Shown: in pieces, positions 28,613-37,682 of the stretch
Layout: each line of letters begins with the position of its first letter
How positions within the stretch are numbered: the stretch's first letter is position 1
Assembly: GCA_963662235.1 (NCBI GenBank)
Contig: OY759308.1
Span: 1,078,109 to 1,142,108, forward strand
DNA: 64,000 nt
Source: Desulfobacterales bacterium
Lineage (GTDB): Bacteria; Desulfobacterota; Desulfobacteria; Desulfobacterales; G963662235
Reading direction: 5' to 3'
The notes under the pieces: model-generated
What the model was told of the DNA's origin: nothing
What the model saw: the letters and a program-made list of their open reading frames with translations, nothing else
The model's database searches: none
Position numbers and translations under genes: made by a program

Positions 28613-29965
28613 TTGAGTTTGAATATGGTTAATACAAATAACGATACCAATGTCTATTCAGTTTCAAAACTTGTTCAAGAAGTTCAAGTGTTGTTAGAAG
28701 AGAAATTTTCAATCGTTTGGATATATGGCGAAATCTCAAATTTATTCGTTGCAGTTTCTGGACACTCTTACTTTACGCTTAAAGATGAAGAATCTCAAAT
28801 AAGTTCTATTATTTTCAAGAGGCAAAACTTAAAGTTAAATTTTAAACTTGAAAATGGGCTTCAAATTATAGGGCTTGCAAGAATTAGTGTCTATAAACCT
28901 AAAGGAGCTTATCAATTAGTTTTTGAAAATATAGAACCTTACGGTATAGGTTCAGCACAACTCCATTTTGAACAAACAAAAAAAAAGCTTCAAGGAAAAG
29001 GCTATTTCGACGAACAACACAAAAAAAAATTACCCTATATCCCTTCCTCTATAGCCATTATAACTTCTATTTCTGGGAGTGTAATTTACGATTTTGTTGA
29101 TGTCGTTTTTAGAAGGTTTTCAGGTGTTTCTATCAAAGTGGTTGATGCAAGAGTTCAGGGGGAAGGTGCTGATAGAGATATTGCAAGCTCTATTAAGCTT
29201 ATAAATGAGCAAAAGCTTGCTGATGTTATTGTTCTTGCAAGGGGTGGAGGGTCGATTGAAGATTTGTCGCAGTTTAATTCAGAAACTCTTGCAGATGCTA
29301 TATTTTTGTCAAACATTCCAATCGTTTCTGCCATAGGGCACGAAACCGATTTTACAATTTCAGATTTTGTCAGCGATATAAGAGCAGGAACACCATCTAT
29401 TGCTGGAGAAATTGTTGTGCCTGACAAAAAATATATAAAAGAAAAAATAGCTTCTATAAATTCAAACCTTGCTTCTATTATGTTCGGGATTCTTGAAAAA
29501 AGAAAAAATAGAGTAAAAGAGCTTCAAAGCAAGTTGGTTTATAGACCGATTAAAACTGATAGTTTTAAGATTCGTTTGGACGATTTAACAGCAAGATTAA
29601 GTAGCTCAATTAAAAATAGAGTAAGAGAGTTAAAATATAACAATGAAACTTTAAAATTAAAAATTTTTAAATCTTATCCTAATTTAAAAGAGTTTAGGTT
29701 TAAGATTAAAGACTTAAAGTCCAATTTACTATTTTTAATTAAAAAAAGAGTGAATTTTGTAAAAGAGAGACAAACATTTTTTGAAACGAAAATTAATGCC
29801 CTAAATCCAACAGGTATTCTTCAAAGAGGTTATGCTATTACCAAAAAAGAAGATAAAGTTATAAGAGATGTAGATGAAGTAAGTGTAGGCGATGTTTTAG
29901 ATATAATGCTTGCTAAAGGTCGCTTAAAGTGTAAGGTAGAAAAAACGTACAAAACCAGAAAGTAA
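28613..29965 (+). CDS. xseA: exodeoxyribonuclease VII large subunit
   Basis: OB-fold N-terminus (VWIYGEISN...SGHSYFTLKD), catalytic core (ARGGGSIEDL, GHETD), coiled C-terminus. Alternative start at 28625. Confidence 0.9.
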   Translation: MSLNMVNTNNDTNVYSVSKLVQEVQVLLEEKFSIVWIYGEISNLFVAVSGHSYFTLKDEESQISSIIFKRQNLKLNFKLENGLQIIGLARISVYKPKGAYQLVFENIEPYGIGSAQLHFEQTKKKLQGKGYFDEQHKKKLPYIPSSIAIITSISGSVIYDFVDVVFRRFSGVSIKVVDARVQGEGADRDIASSIKLINEQKLADVIVLARGGGSIEDLSQFNSETLADAIFLSNIPIVSAIGHETDFTISDFVSDIRAGTPSIAGEIVVPDKKYIKEKIASINSNLASIMFGILEKRKNRVKELQSKLVYRPIKTDSFKIRLDDLTARLSSSIKNRVRELKYNNETLKLKIFKSYPNLKEFRFKIKDLKSNLLFLIKKRVNFVKERQTFFETKINALNPTGILQRGYAITKKEDKVIRDVDEVSVGDVLDIMLAKGRLKCKVEKTYKTRK

Positions 29966-30020
29966 GTTTCTTACATTTCCTTTTTAAATGAAAGTAAAAG
30001 CAGGAGGTTTTAGCAAAAAA

Positions 30021-30248
30021 ATGGCAACAAAAAACATAGAAGAGTTAATAAAAAATTTAGAAAAAATAGTCGAAATGTTGGAAGAGAATAAATTGCCTGT
30101 TGAAGAAGCTATGAAAAAATTTGAAGAGGGAGTGGAAATATCTAAAGAGTGTACAAGTTTATTAGATAGTATGGAAAAGAAGATGACTTTGCTTTTGCAA
30201 AAAAATGATAAACTTGAAGAAAAAGAGTTTGATTTGCCAAAAAAATAG
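30021..30248 (+). CDS. xseB: exodeoxyribonuclease VII small subunit
   Basis: IEELIKNLEKIVEMLEEN..LPVEEAMKKFEEG pattern. Alternative start at 29988. Confidence 0.8.
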   Translation: MATKNIEELIKNLEKIVEMLEENKLPVEEAMKKFEEGVEISKECTSLLDSMEKKMTLLLQKNDKLEEKEFDLPKK

Positions 30249-30257
30249 TTTGAAAAA

Positions 30258-31148
30258 TTGTCTTTTAATCTTACAAAATATATCGAACAAAAACAGAAAA
30301 AAATTCAAATATCACTTGAATCTTTTTTAAAAACTGCCCCTTACAAAAGTGTTCTCATAGACGCTATGAGATACTCTCTTACTTCTAACGGAAAGCGTAT
30401 TCGTCCTATCTTATTAATGACCGCTTATGAACTTTTAGGAGGAAAAGAAGAGGATGTCTTGGATATCGCTTGTGCTATTGAGATGATACACACCTATTCT
30501 TTAATTCATGATGATTTACCCGCAATGGATGATGATGCTTTAAGACGTGGTATGGCGACTTGCCATATTAAATTTAATGAAGCGATAGCAATTCTTGCAG
30601 GAGATTCTCTTTTAACTTACGCTTTCGAAATTTTATCATCCCACAAAAAAAAACATTCCTCTTCAAAATTATTAAAAGTTATAAATCTTATAAGTAAATC
30701 TGCTGGTTTAAGTGGAATGATAGAAGGGCAGGTAAGGGATATCAGCTTTGAAAACAAAAAGATAAGTTTAAAAGAGTTAGAAGCTCTTCATAGTTTAAAA
30801 ACTGGTGCATTAATAGAGGCGTCTATAGTTTCAGCCCCGATTTTACTCTCTTCTACTGCTAAGCAAACAAAGGCTTTAAAAAAGTATGCAAAATGTATCG
30901 GTATCGCTTTTCAAATTAAAGACGATATTCTCGATGTGGAAGGCGATTCTAAAGTAATAGGCAAAATGTCTGGTTCTGATGAAAAGCTTAACAAATCGAC
31001 TTATCCTTCTTTGATTGGGTTAGATGAATCTAAAAAGCTATCTAAAAAAATGGTAAACGAAGCTATAAAATCGCTTTTAATATTTGAAGAAAAAAAGATT
31101 ATTCCTTTAGTTGAAATAGCAAAATATATTGATATTAGAAAAAAGTAG
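30258..31148 (+). CDS. ispA: (2E,6E)-farnesyl diphosphate synthase
   Basis: First DDxxD motif LIHDDLPAMDDD and second FQIKDDILD. TTG start. Sits in the xseB-ispA arrangement. Confidence 0.9.
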   Translation: MSFNLTKYIEQKQKKIQISLESFLKTAPYKSVLIDAMRYSLTSNGKRIRPILLMTAYELLGGKEEDVLDIACAIEMIHTYSLIHDDLPAMDDDALRRGMATCHIKFNEAIAILAGDSLLTYAFEILSSHKKKHSSSKLLKVINLISKSAGLSGMIEGQVRDISFENKKISLKELEALHSLKTGALIEASIVSAPILLSSTAKQTKALKKYAKCIGIAFQIKDDILDVEGDSKVIGKMSGSDEKLNKSTYPSLIGLDESKKLSKKMVNEAIKSLLIFEEKKIIPLVEIAKYIDIRKK

Positions 31149-31180
31149 TAGGTGAAAAAATATTTACTTAATTAGGTCTG

Positions 31181-31400
31181 TTTTTCGCCTTCGGCGAACC
31201 CCCTTAATCCCCCTTAAAAGGGGGAGAAGAGATAAAAAAAATCCCCATTGAAAGGGGGAGAAGAGATAAAACAATCCACTTGAAAAGGATAGAAAATATA
31301 AAAAAAACCTTGAAAGTAGGAGAAGAAAATATCAACTATTTCAAGACTTGATAGGCAAGAATATTTCCCCCCTTAAAAAGGGGGGATAGGGGGGTTAAAA
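31181..31400. repeat. G/C-word hairpins plus a decaying ~33-bp tandem array (31209-31340)
   Basis: ttcgccttcggcgaa and cccccttaaaaggggg, then four successive units cccccttaaaagggggagaagagataaaa... that lose G/C progressively. ccccccttaaaaagggggg at the right edge. Confidence 0.8.
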
Positions 31401-31412
31401 AAACTTTCAAGA

Positions 31413-31649
31413 ATGCCTCTATGGGCTAAAACAAAAAAAATTATGATGAAAAAGATACAACTAATTTGGGGCATAGCGTTAACTGTTATGGGTTTTTCGC
31501 TCTTGTTTAATATTAACAACAAAATAAGTTTAATAGAGCAAACGGGTATGAGAGTGAATACAGCAAAGTTTGCACTATACATTTTAGCATTTTTTCTTAT
31601 TTTTGGTGGTATAAAAAAACTTATTACAATTTTTAAAAGAGACTCTTAA
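31413..31649 (+). CDS. small two-TM membrane protein, function unknown
   Basis: Two hydrophobic segments. Ends 8 nt before the decarboxylase gene. Start may be 31443. Confidence 0.45.
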   Translation: MPLWAKTKKIMMKKIQLIWGIALTVMGFSLLFNINNKISLIEQTGMRVNTAKFALYILAFFLIFGGIKKLITIFKRDS

Positions 31650-31656
31650 TTTCAAA

Positions 31657-33285
31657 ATGTCTAAAAAAAAACTCAAAGCAAACTGGATGACATTAAAAAG
31701 AGTTTTTGCGTCTGGTGAGAATGAGGAGAAATCGAAAGAAAATATCTTAAAGTATATGGAGCAGATACTGTTTCAACTTTATGATTTTATGCAGAAAAAC
31801 GTTGGAATTACGAAAAATACAAGTGTCAATAAGTTAAGCACTCTCTACAACAATCCAGATATCAACTCTTTGCCACAAAAAAAACTTACCGATATTATTG
31901 ATGATATTGTAAACGATATAGCACCTAACGCAGTCAATGTTTCTTCTCCCTATTTTGTAGGTCATATGACATCTGCCATTCCTTTTTTTATGGTGCATCT
32001 TAAAAGTACTATCGCAGCACTCAATCAAAATGTTGTAAAAATAGAGACTTCAAAGGTTTTAACTGTTATCGAAAGAGAGGTCTTAGCTAAGTTTCATAAA
32101 CTTATATTTAACAGAAGCGATGCTTTTTATAAAAAACATATACAAAATAGATATTCCGCTCTCGGTGCTTTTATAGGCGGAGGAACTTCTGCCAATATAA
32201 CAGCTTTATGGGTGGCCAGAAATAAAGCGTTCCCAAAAGATAAAAATTTTTTAGGAATAGAAAAAGAAGGAATAGCGGCTGCTTATAGTTACTACAAAAT
32301 AAAAAGAAGTGTTGTTTTGGTTTCTGAAATGGGGCACTACTCTTTGCAAAAAGCTGTTGGGCTACTTGGAATTGGAAATGGGAATATTATATCTATCCCC
32401 ACAGATGAAAATAAGAGGATTGATGTAGTAAAGTTAAAAAAAATAGTAGAAGAGTTCCAAAAAGATAAAAATGTAAAAATAATATCTATTGTTGCTATTG
32501 CTGGTACTACAGAGACAGGAGCAGTCGACCCTATAAAAGAGATAGGAGATATATGTAGACAACATAAAATCTATTTTCATATAGATGCAGCTTTTGGTGG
32601 TGCAGTTTTAATGTCAAATAAATATGCGCATCTTCTTAAAGATATTGAATATGCAGATTCCGTTTCTATAGATGGGCACAAGCAGTTATATATGCCAATT
32701 GGTTGTGGTATGGTCTATTTCAGAAGCAGGCTCTCTTTAGATAATATTAGTTACCATGCTCAATATGTTAATAGAAAAAGGTCAGCAGATCTTGGTAAAA
32801 AATCGATTGAAGGCTCCAGAACTCCTAACTCTTTCATACTATATTGTTCTCTTCAAATGATGGGCAAAAAGGGGTATGAACTATTAATTAATCATGGAAT
32901 TGAACTTGCCAAAAAATTTAGTAAGAAAATCAAGGAAAATAAAAACTTTGAACACATATTAGAGCCAGAGCTTAATATTTTTATATATCGTTTTTGCCCA
33001 TATGAAATAAAAAAAGAGTTAGACAAAGCTTCTTTGACAAAGAAAAAGAAAATCAATTCCTATTTAAATAAGCTAAATAAATTTATACAACAACAACAGA
33101 GAGAAAAGGGCAAAAGCTTTGTTTCTCGTACAAAAATAAAGATAAGCCTTTATGAAGATGATATTATTGTATTAAGATGCGTTTTTATGAATCCTATGAC
33201 AAACCTTACAATCTTAAACTCCATTCTAAAAGAGCAGAAAAAAATTTTTGAAAACAATAGAGATAAACTTTCCCTAAGATTTTAA
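31657..33285 (+). CDS. group II pyridoxal-dependent decarboxylase
   Basis: SIDGHKQLYMP (PLP-lysine motif HK) and GGTSANITALWVAR; 542 aa. Substrate not assignable. Confidence 0.8.
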   Translation: MSKKKLKANWMTLKRVFASGENEEKSKENILKYMEQILFQLYDFMQKNVGITKNTSVNKLSTLYNNPDINSLPQKKLTDIIDDIVNDIAPNAVNVSSPYFVGHMTSAIPFFMVHLKSTIAALNQNVVKIETSKVLTVIEREVLAKFHKLIFNRSDAFYKKHIQNRYSALGAFIGGGTSANITALWVARNKAFPKDKNFLGIEKEGIAAAYSYYKIKRSVVLVSEMGHYSLQKAVGLLGIGNGNIISIPTDENKRIDVVKLKKIVEEFQKDKNVKIISIVAIAGTTETGAVDPIKEIGDICRQHKIYFHIDAAFGGAVLMSNKYAHLLKDIEYADSVSIDGHKQLYMPIGCGMVYFRSRLSLDNISYHAQYVNRKRSADLGKKSIEGSRTPNSFILYCSLQMMGKKGYELLINHGIELAKKFSKKIKENKNFEHILEPELNIFIYRFCPYEIKKELDKASLTKKKKINSYLNKLNKFIQQQQREKGKSFVSRTKIKISLYEDDIIVLRCVFMNPMTNLTILNSILKEQKKIFENNRDKLSLRF

Positions 33286-33317
33286 CCTTTTTTAATTAAA
33301 CCAAAAGTCACAATTTT

Positions 33318-34169
33318 ATGTCTAATCAAACATTTAAAAATCCTAAAACCATATTAAGTCTGCACAATATAAGACCCAGCAAAACTTTAAGCCAAAATTT
33401 TATTGTAGATTTTTCAACTGTTGAAAAGATTGTTAAAAAAAGCCTTTTGGATAAAAACGATATTGTGATGGAAGTAGGAGCAGGGCTTGGAGTTTTAACC
33501 GAAGCAATCTCTTATAATGTAAAAAAAGTTTTTGCGGTAGAGATAGACAGAAGACTATTGCCTCTTCTTCAAGAAAGAGTTGTAGAAAATAGCCTCCAAA
33601 ATGTTCAAGTTATAAATCAAGATATAATGAGAATGAATATAGCAGAGGTTTTGAAGACAGACGAAAAATTGGTTTTGTTCGGAAACCTTCCTTATAGCAT
33701 TTCGTCTCAAATAATTATAAAAGCTATCAAAAATAGGTCAAAAATAACAAAAGCTGTTTTTATGTTACAAAAAGAGTTAGCAGATAGACTCGTAGCAGAA
33801 GTAGGTACAAAGGAGTATGGCAGATTAAGTGTAATGCTTAGCTATTGTGCTGATATAAAAAAAATAGCCGATTTTAAACCAGATTGTTTTTTCCCAAAAC
33901 CAAAAGTCAACTCTTCTGTCATAAAAATAGAGTTCAAAAATGAAAAAACGAGCAATGAAGATTTTTTCTTTAAAGTTATTAAGTGTGCATTTTCAAAAAA
34001 GAGAAAAACGATTTTTAACTCTCTTGCTATGAGCGACATCAATATAGATAAAAATAAGCTAAAAGATATTTTTGAAACTATCAATATAGACAAAAACAGA
34101 AGAGCAGAAACCTTTACATATCAAGAGTTCATCAAACTAAAAGACGCCTTGCATAGTTTTTATAATTAA
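33318..34169 (+). CDS. rsmA: 16S rRNA (adenine1518/1519-N6)-dimethyltransferase
   Basis: LSQNFIVD, EVGAGLGVLT (SAM motif), GNLPYSISS. Confidence 0.9.
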   Translation: MSNQTFKNPKTILSLHNIRPSKTLSQNFIVDFSTVEKIVKKSLLDKNDIVMEVGAGLGVLTEAISYNVKKVFAVEIDRRLLPLLQERVVENSLQNVQVINQDIMRMNIAEVLKTDEKLVLFGNLPYSISSQIIIKAIKNRSKITKAVFMLQKELADRLVAEVGTKEYGRLSVMLSYCADIKKIADFKPDCFFPKPKVNSSVIKIEFKNEKTSNEDFFFKVIKCAFSKKRKTIFNSLAMSDINIDKNKLKDIFETINIDKNRRAETFTYQEFIKLKDALHSFYN

Positions 34170-34200
34170 CCCCCAAAACTTTCTAATTTGATTGTCGTTT
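34113..34200. repeat. 88-bp direct repeat, copy 1 (last 57 bp of rsmA plus 31 bp downstream)
   Basis: Aligns with 34373-34461 with about 6 differences including one 1-bp indel. Confidence 0.9.
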
Positions 34201-34232
34201 TCAAGATAAACGAAATGAAATTATTTGTAACT

Positions 34233-34557
34233 GTAGGGGCACGGCACGCCTTGCCCCTACATCGTTTCTATTAAATTTTTCACAAATTTTTTTAACGTTT
34301 ATAACAAAATCATAACCGTAGGGGCGGGGTCGCCCCGCCCTTGTGTACGAGATTGATTATTTGCAAAAATCTTTTACATATCAAGAGTTCAGCGAACTAA
34401 AAGACGCCTTGCATAGTTTTTATAATTAAACCACCTAAACTTTCTAATTTGATTGTCGTTTCCGTATGATTTGTTTTTTTCCGTAGGGGCATATAGCTAT
34501 ACGCCCATATTATTTTCCATCATTTTTTCATACGGGCACGGCACGCCGTGCCCCTAC
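34233..34557. repeat. REP-like hairpins at 34233-34260, 34318-34340, 34483-34506 and 34534-34557
   Basis: gtaggggcacggcacgccttgcccctac, gtaggggcggggtcgccccgccc, gtaggggcatatagctatacgccc, gggcacggcacgccgtgcccctac. Confidence 0.85.
34373..34461. repeat. 88-bp direct repeat, copy 2 (orphan duplicate of the rsmA 3' end)
   Basis: Would encode ...FTYQEFSELKDALHSFYN*, duplicating the rsmA C-terminus. Confidence 0.9.
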
Positions 34558-34773
34558 AATATACCGTCAATACAATGGACATCTTACTTAATTATTACCA
34601 AAAATCTCTAATTTTATCTCGTTTTGAAAAACACGAACGAAGCGGAAGGTTTTTAGGAAAGGACTCTTTTATCGAAGCAATGTAACGTCTTTTAAACCGA
34701 AGTCTTGAGCCACAAAAACCCTGACCTAAAAGGAAAGATAAGTAAGGTGTTCCAGAACTCTTGGATTAAAAAA

Positions 34774-35613
34774 TCATTTCAACTTTTTAGTTTCATCTAA
34801 CAAGAAATCTTTAGCATTTTTAGAACTCATAACTTTTTTCCCGATTTCTCTTTCTGCATCTTTTCTTGCTCTTCCAGCAACTCCGCCACCTCTTTTTGCA
34901 ATTTTTTTGTTTTTTGAAAAATTATTAGGTTTTTCTGCTTTGGAAATATCGGTTGTAACTTTTTCCCCCAACATCGTAAAAATCAATTCCAAATCTGTCA
35001 TATTATCTCTTAGGTTTGACTTTGATTTTGAAGAAATATTTTTGAAATTTTTATATTCGTTTGGAGTCATGCCAAAAGTCGCTTTTGAAATTTCTGCAGT
35101 TAAAATTGAAAACTCTTTTTGAGTTCCAACTCCTCTTTCTTTCCATTCATCTGTCAAATCTTGTCTTATAGCAATTCCTCTTAATCTTTTATCAATCCAG
35201 CTTTTTGGGTAGCCTTTTTTTTCATAAATCTCTTTCATCCTCTCTTGTGCTAATTCTGGATTTTCTATTTCTTCTATTCTCTCTTGTCCAACTTGAGCAA
35301 GCCACATTTTAAAAGGCTCTGCTTTTTTACTTGGAATTGACTGGATTATTCTAAAAATTCCTTTAGTATCAGCACAATCTGTTTTATATTTTTTCCCATC
35401 AACACTTTCTAATTTCAGTTGTACACAATTTGTGGACAACTCAATTCCATTTTCAAGTTCTCTTGTTTTTAACATATTCCAATAATTTCTCGGATTTGAA
35501 CTCTCTACAAGAACCCTACAAACATCAACAACTGAATAAAACCATTCTTTATTATACCAAAGCCTTCTTATTTTTTTGTCTTCAAAAACAATTAGTTTAT
35601 TTTTTTCTTCCAT
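34774..35613 (-). CDS. BRO-N domain protein (DinD/antirepressor-like)
   Basis: N-terminus FEDKKIRRLWYNKEWFYSVVDVCRVL fits the Bro-N pattern. C-terminal half LTDEWKERG...NLRDNMTDLELIF. Flanked by an 18-bp inverted motif. Confidence 0.6.
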   Translation of the reverse strand: MEEKNKLIVFEDKKIRRLWYNKEWFYSVVDVCRVLVESSNPRNYWNMLKTRELENGIELSTNCVQLKLESVDGKKYKTDCADTKGIFRIIQSIPSKKAEPFKMWLAQVGQERIEEIENPELAQERMKEIYEKKGYPKSWIDKRLRGIAIRQDLTDEWKERGVGTQKEFSILTAEISKATFGMTPNEYKNFKNISSKSKSNLRDNMTDLELIFTMLGEKVTTDISKAEKPNNFSKNKKIAKRGGGVAGRARKDAEREIGKKVMSSKNAKDFLLDETKKLK

Positions 35614-35794
35614 AATTTTTAACCTTATTTAACTTTTATAAAATTTGGTCTCGGGAATTTCAATATCATCTTCTATTTTGCTTTTTTTGTAGTAATTTGA
35701 CAAAGAATTCCATTTTATCAATAATTTCTTTAAATATTCTGAGGACACCTTACTTAATTAACACAATCGAAATATGTAACCTTTACAAAAGGTC

Positions 35795-36859
35795 TTACTT
35801 CTTCATATTGTATATGTGGGCGAGTATTTCTGCTATAGCTTGATAGAAATCGACAGGAATTTCTTCACCTATGTCGACTAACTTATAAAGACTTCTTGCA
35901 ATTGGTTTATTTTCTACTATTGGAATGTTGTTCTCTTCTGCTATCTCTTTTATTCTCTCTGCGATAGCACCTGCTCCTTTGGCAACAAGGATAGGAGCAG
36001 AAAAGCTTAAGGAGTCGTATTTAATTGCTATAGCTATGTGTGTAGGGTTTGTGATAACTACATCGGCATTTGGTACTTCGCCCATCATTCTTTTTCTTGC
36101 AGTCTCTCTTTGGATTTGTCTTATTCTTGATTTGACCATCGGATCCCCTTCAGCCTGTTTCATCTCTTCTTTTATTTCCTGCTTGGTCATCATCTGTTCT
36201 TTTGCAAATTTCCATTTTTGGAAGGCAAAATCTAAAATAGCCAAAAATATCATTATTAAAAGAGTACGAATAAAAATTTTATACGATATATCTAAAATAT
36301 ATATAAAAATCTTTTGTACACTTTGTTCATAAAGAATCTTCAGATGGTCTATTTCACTTGCTATTGATAAATAGACAATAAAACCTATAATCGCTATTTT
36401 TAATATACTTTTAATAAGTTCTATAACAGAACGAATAGAGAGTTTCTGCCCCAAACCTTTTATAGGGTCGATTTTTGAGAAACGAGGAGTAATAGCTTTC
36501 CAAGAAATAACAAAACCTACTTGGGAAGCGGTTGTAAGAATTGCCATAAAAAAAATAGCAGTAAATAGTGGCAAGAGAGTTAAGAGAAAATAGCCCGACA
36601 GCTTATATAAAGTGTTTATGCAAAAGTTAAGAGTAAAATCTTCTGTAAGACGTTGATTAAAATTTAATGTAAAATAGAAAATAGAGTTTATTTTAGCATA
36701 AATAAATTTTTTTGAAGCGTTTAAAGCGACTGCTGCTGCAAGTAAAACAAACACAGATGGGATTTCAATACTTTTCCCAATTTGACCTTCTTCTCTTGCT
36801 TTTTCAAGCTTCCGCGAGGTCGCCTCTTCGGTTTTTTCTTGCATACTATCGTCGGCCAT
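35795..36859 (-). CDS. flhB: flagellar export apparatus protein FlhB
   Basis: MQEKTEEATSRKLEKAREEGQ start and the NPTH autocleavage site (VVITNPTHIAIA). Confidence 0.95.
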   Translation of the reverse strand: MADDSMQEKTEEATSRKLEKAREEGQIGKSIEIPSVFVLLAAAVALNASKKFIYAKINSIFYFTLNFNQRLTEDFTLNFCINTLYKLSGYFLLTLLPLFTAIFFMAILTTASQVGFVISWKAITPRFSKIDPIKGLGQKLSIRSVIELIKSILKIAIIGFIVYLSIASEIDHLKILYEQSVQKIFIYILDISYKIFIRTLLIMIFLAILDFAFQKWKFAKEQMMTKQEIKEEMKQAEGDPMVKSRIRQIQRETARKRMMGEVPNADVVITNPTHIAIAIKYDSLSFSAPILVAKGAGAIAERIKEIAEENNIPIVENKPIARSLYKLVDIGEEIPVDFYQAIAEILAHIYNMKK

Positions 36860-36877
36860 AAAAAGACTAAAGCTCCC

Positions 36878-37660
36878 TTAAGAAAAAAAAGATAGTATTG
36901 TAAAAATGGTTTCCTTATATCCTGCAATATAAGGTTTTGTTATCATATATATAATTTGAATAGATAGTAAAAAAAAGATAAGCCCAACAGTAATACTTAT
37001 AGGAAAAGTAACAAGCATAATATTCATTTGAGGTGCAAACTTCCCCATAATTCCAAAGCCTACATTAACAAGAAAAAGAGCTGCAATAGCAGGTGCTCCT
37101 ATTTTAATACCAGTTATAAAAATTTGAAAACTCATATCGATAAAAGTTCTAACAAGAACCTTTTTAAAAACTATAGAGCCAACGTTTATAATATCAAAAC
37201 TTTTAGTTAAACCATAAATAAGCAAGTGATGACCGTTAAACATAAGAAACATAATAATTGCTATCCAGTATGCAAATTGTTCAATAAGTGAAATATTTGT
37301 TCCAGATTGAGGGTCTACAACATTTATCATAGAAAAACCCATTTGAAATCCTATCACTTGTCCTGCAAACTGTACTCCTGCAAAAAAAATCAAAACACTC
37401 AAACCTATAGCAAGCCCTACAACAAACTCTGAAAAAAACATTATTATTGTCTCTATTGTGTTAACAGGGAAAACATCTACATTAACTTTTAAAGAATTGT
37501 ATAACAGCATTGTTATCATTAAAGATAGAAAAGCTTTGACCAACATAGGAAAAACACGGCTGTTAAATATTGGAAAAAGAAATAAAAATGTAGTTACCCT
37601 GACAAGTATTAAGAAAAAAGGCTTAAATACTTCTGGGGTTATTAGGTTTAAAATATTCAT
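36878..37660 (-). CDS. fliR: flagellar export apparatus protein FliR
   Basis: 260-aa polytopic protein directly upstream of flhB with FliR-like helices (LVRVTTFLFLFPIF). Confidence 0.85.
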   Translation of the reverse strand: MNILNLITPEVFKPFFLILVRVTTFLFLFPIFNSRVFPMLVKAFLSLMITMLLYNSLKVNVDVFPVNTIETIIMFFSEFVVGLAIGLSVLIFFAGVQFAGQVIGFQMGFSMINVVDPQSGTNISLIEQFAYWIAIIMFLMFNGHHLLIYGLTKSFDIINVGSIVFKKVLVRTFIDMSFQIFITGIKIGAPAIAALFLVNVGFGIMGKFAPQMNIMLVTFPISITVGLIFFLLSIQIIYMITKPYIAGYKETIFTILSFFS

Positions 37661-37682
37661 TCAAAATTTTTTATTAAAAAGA

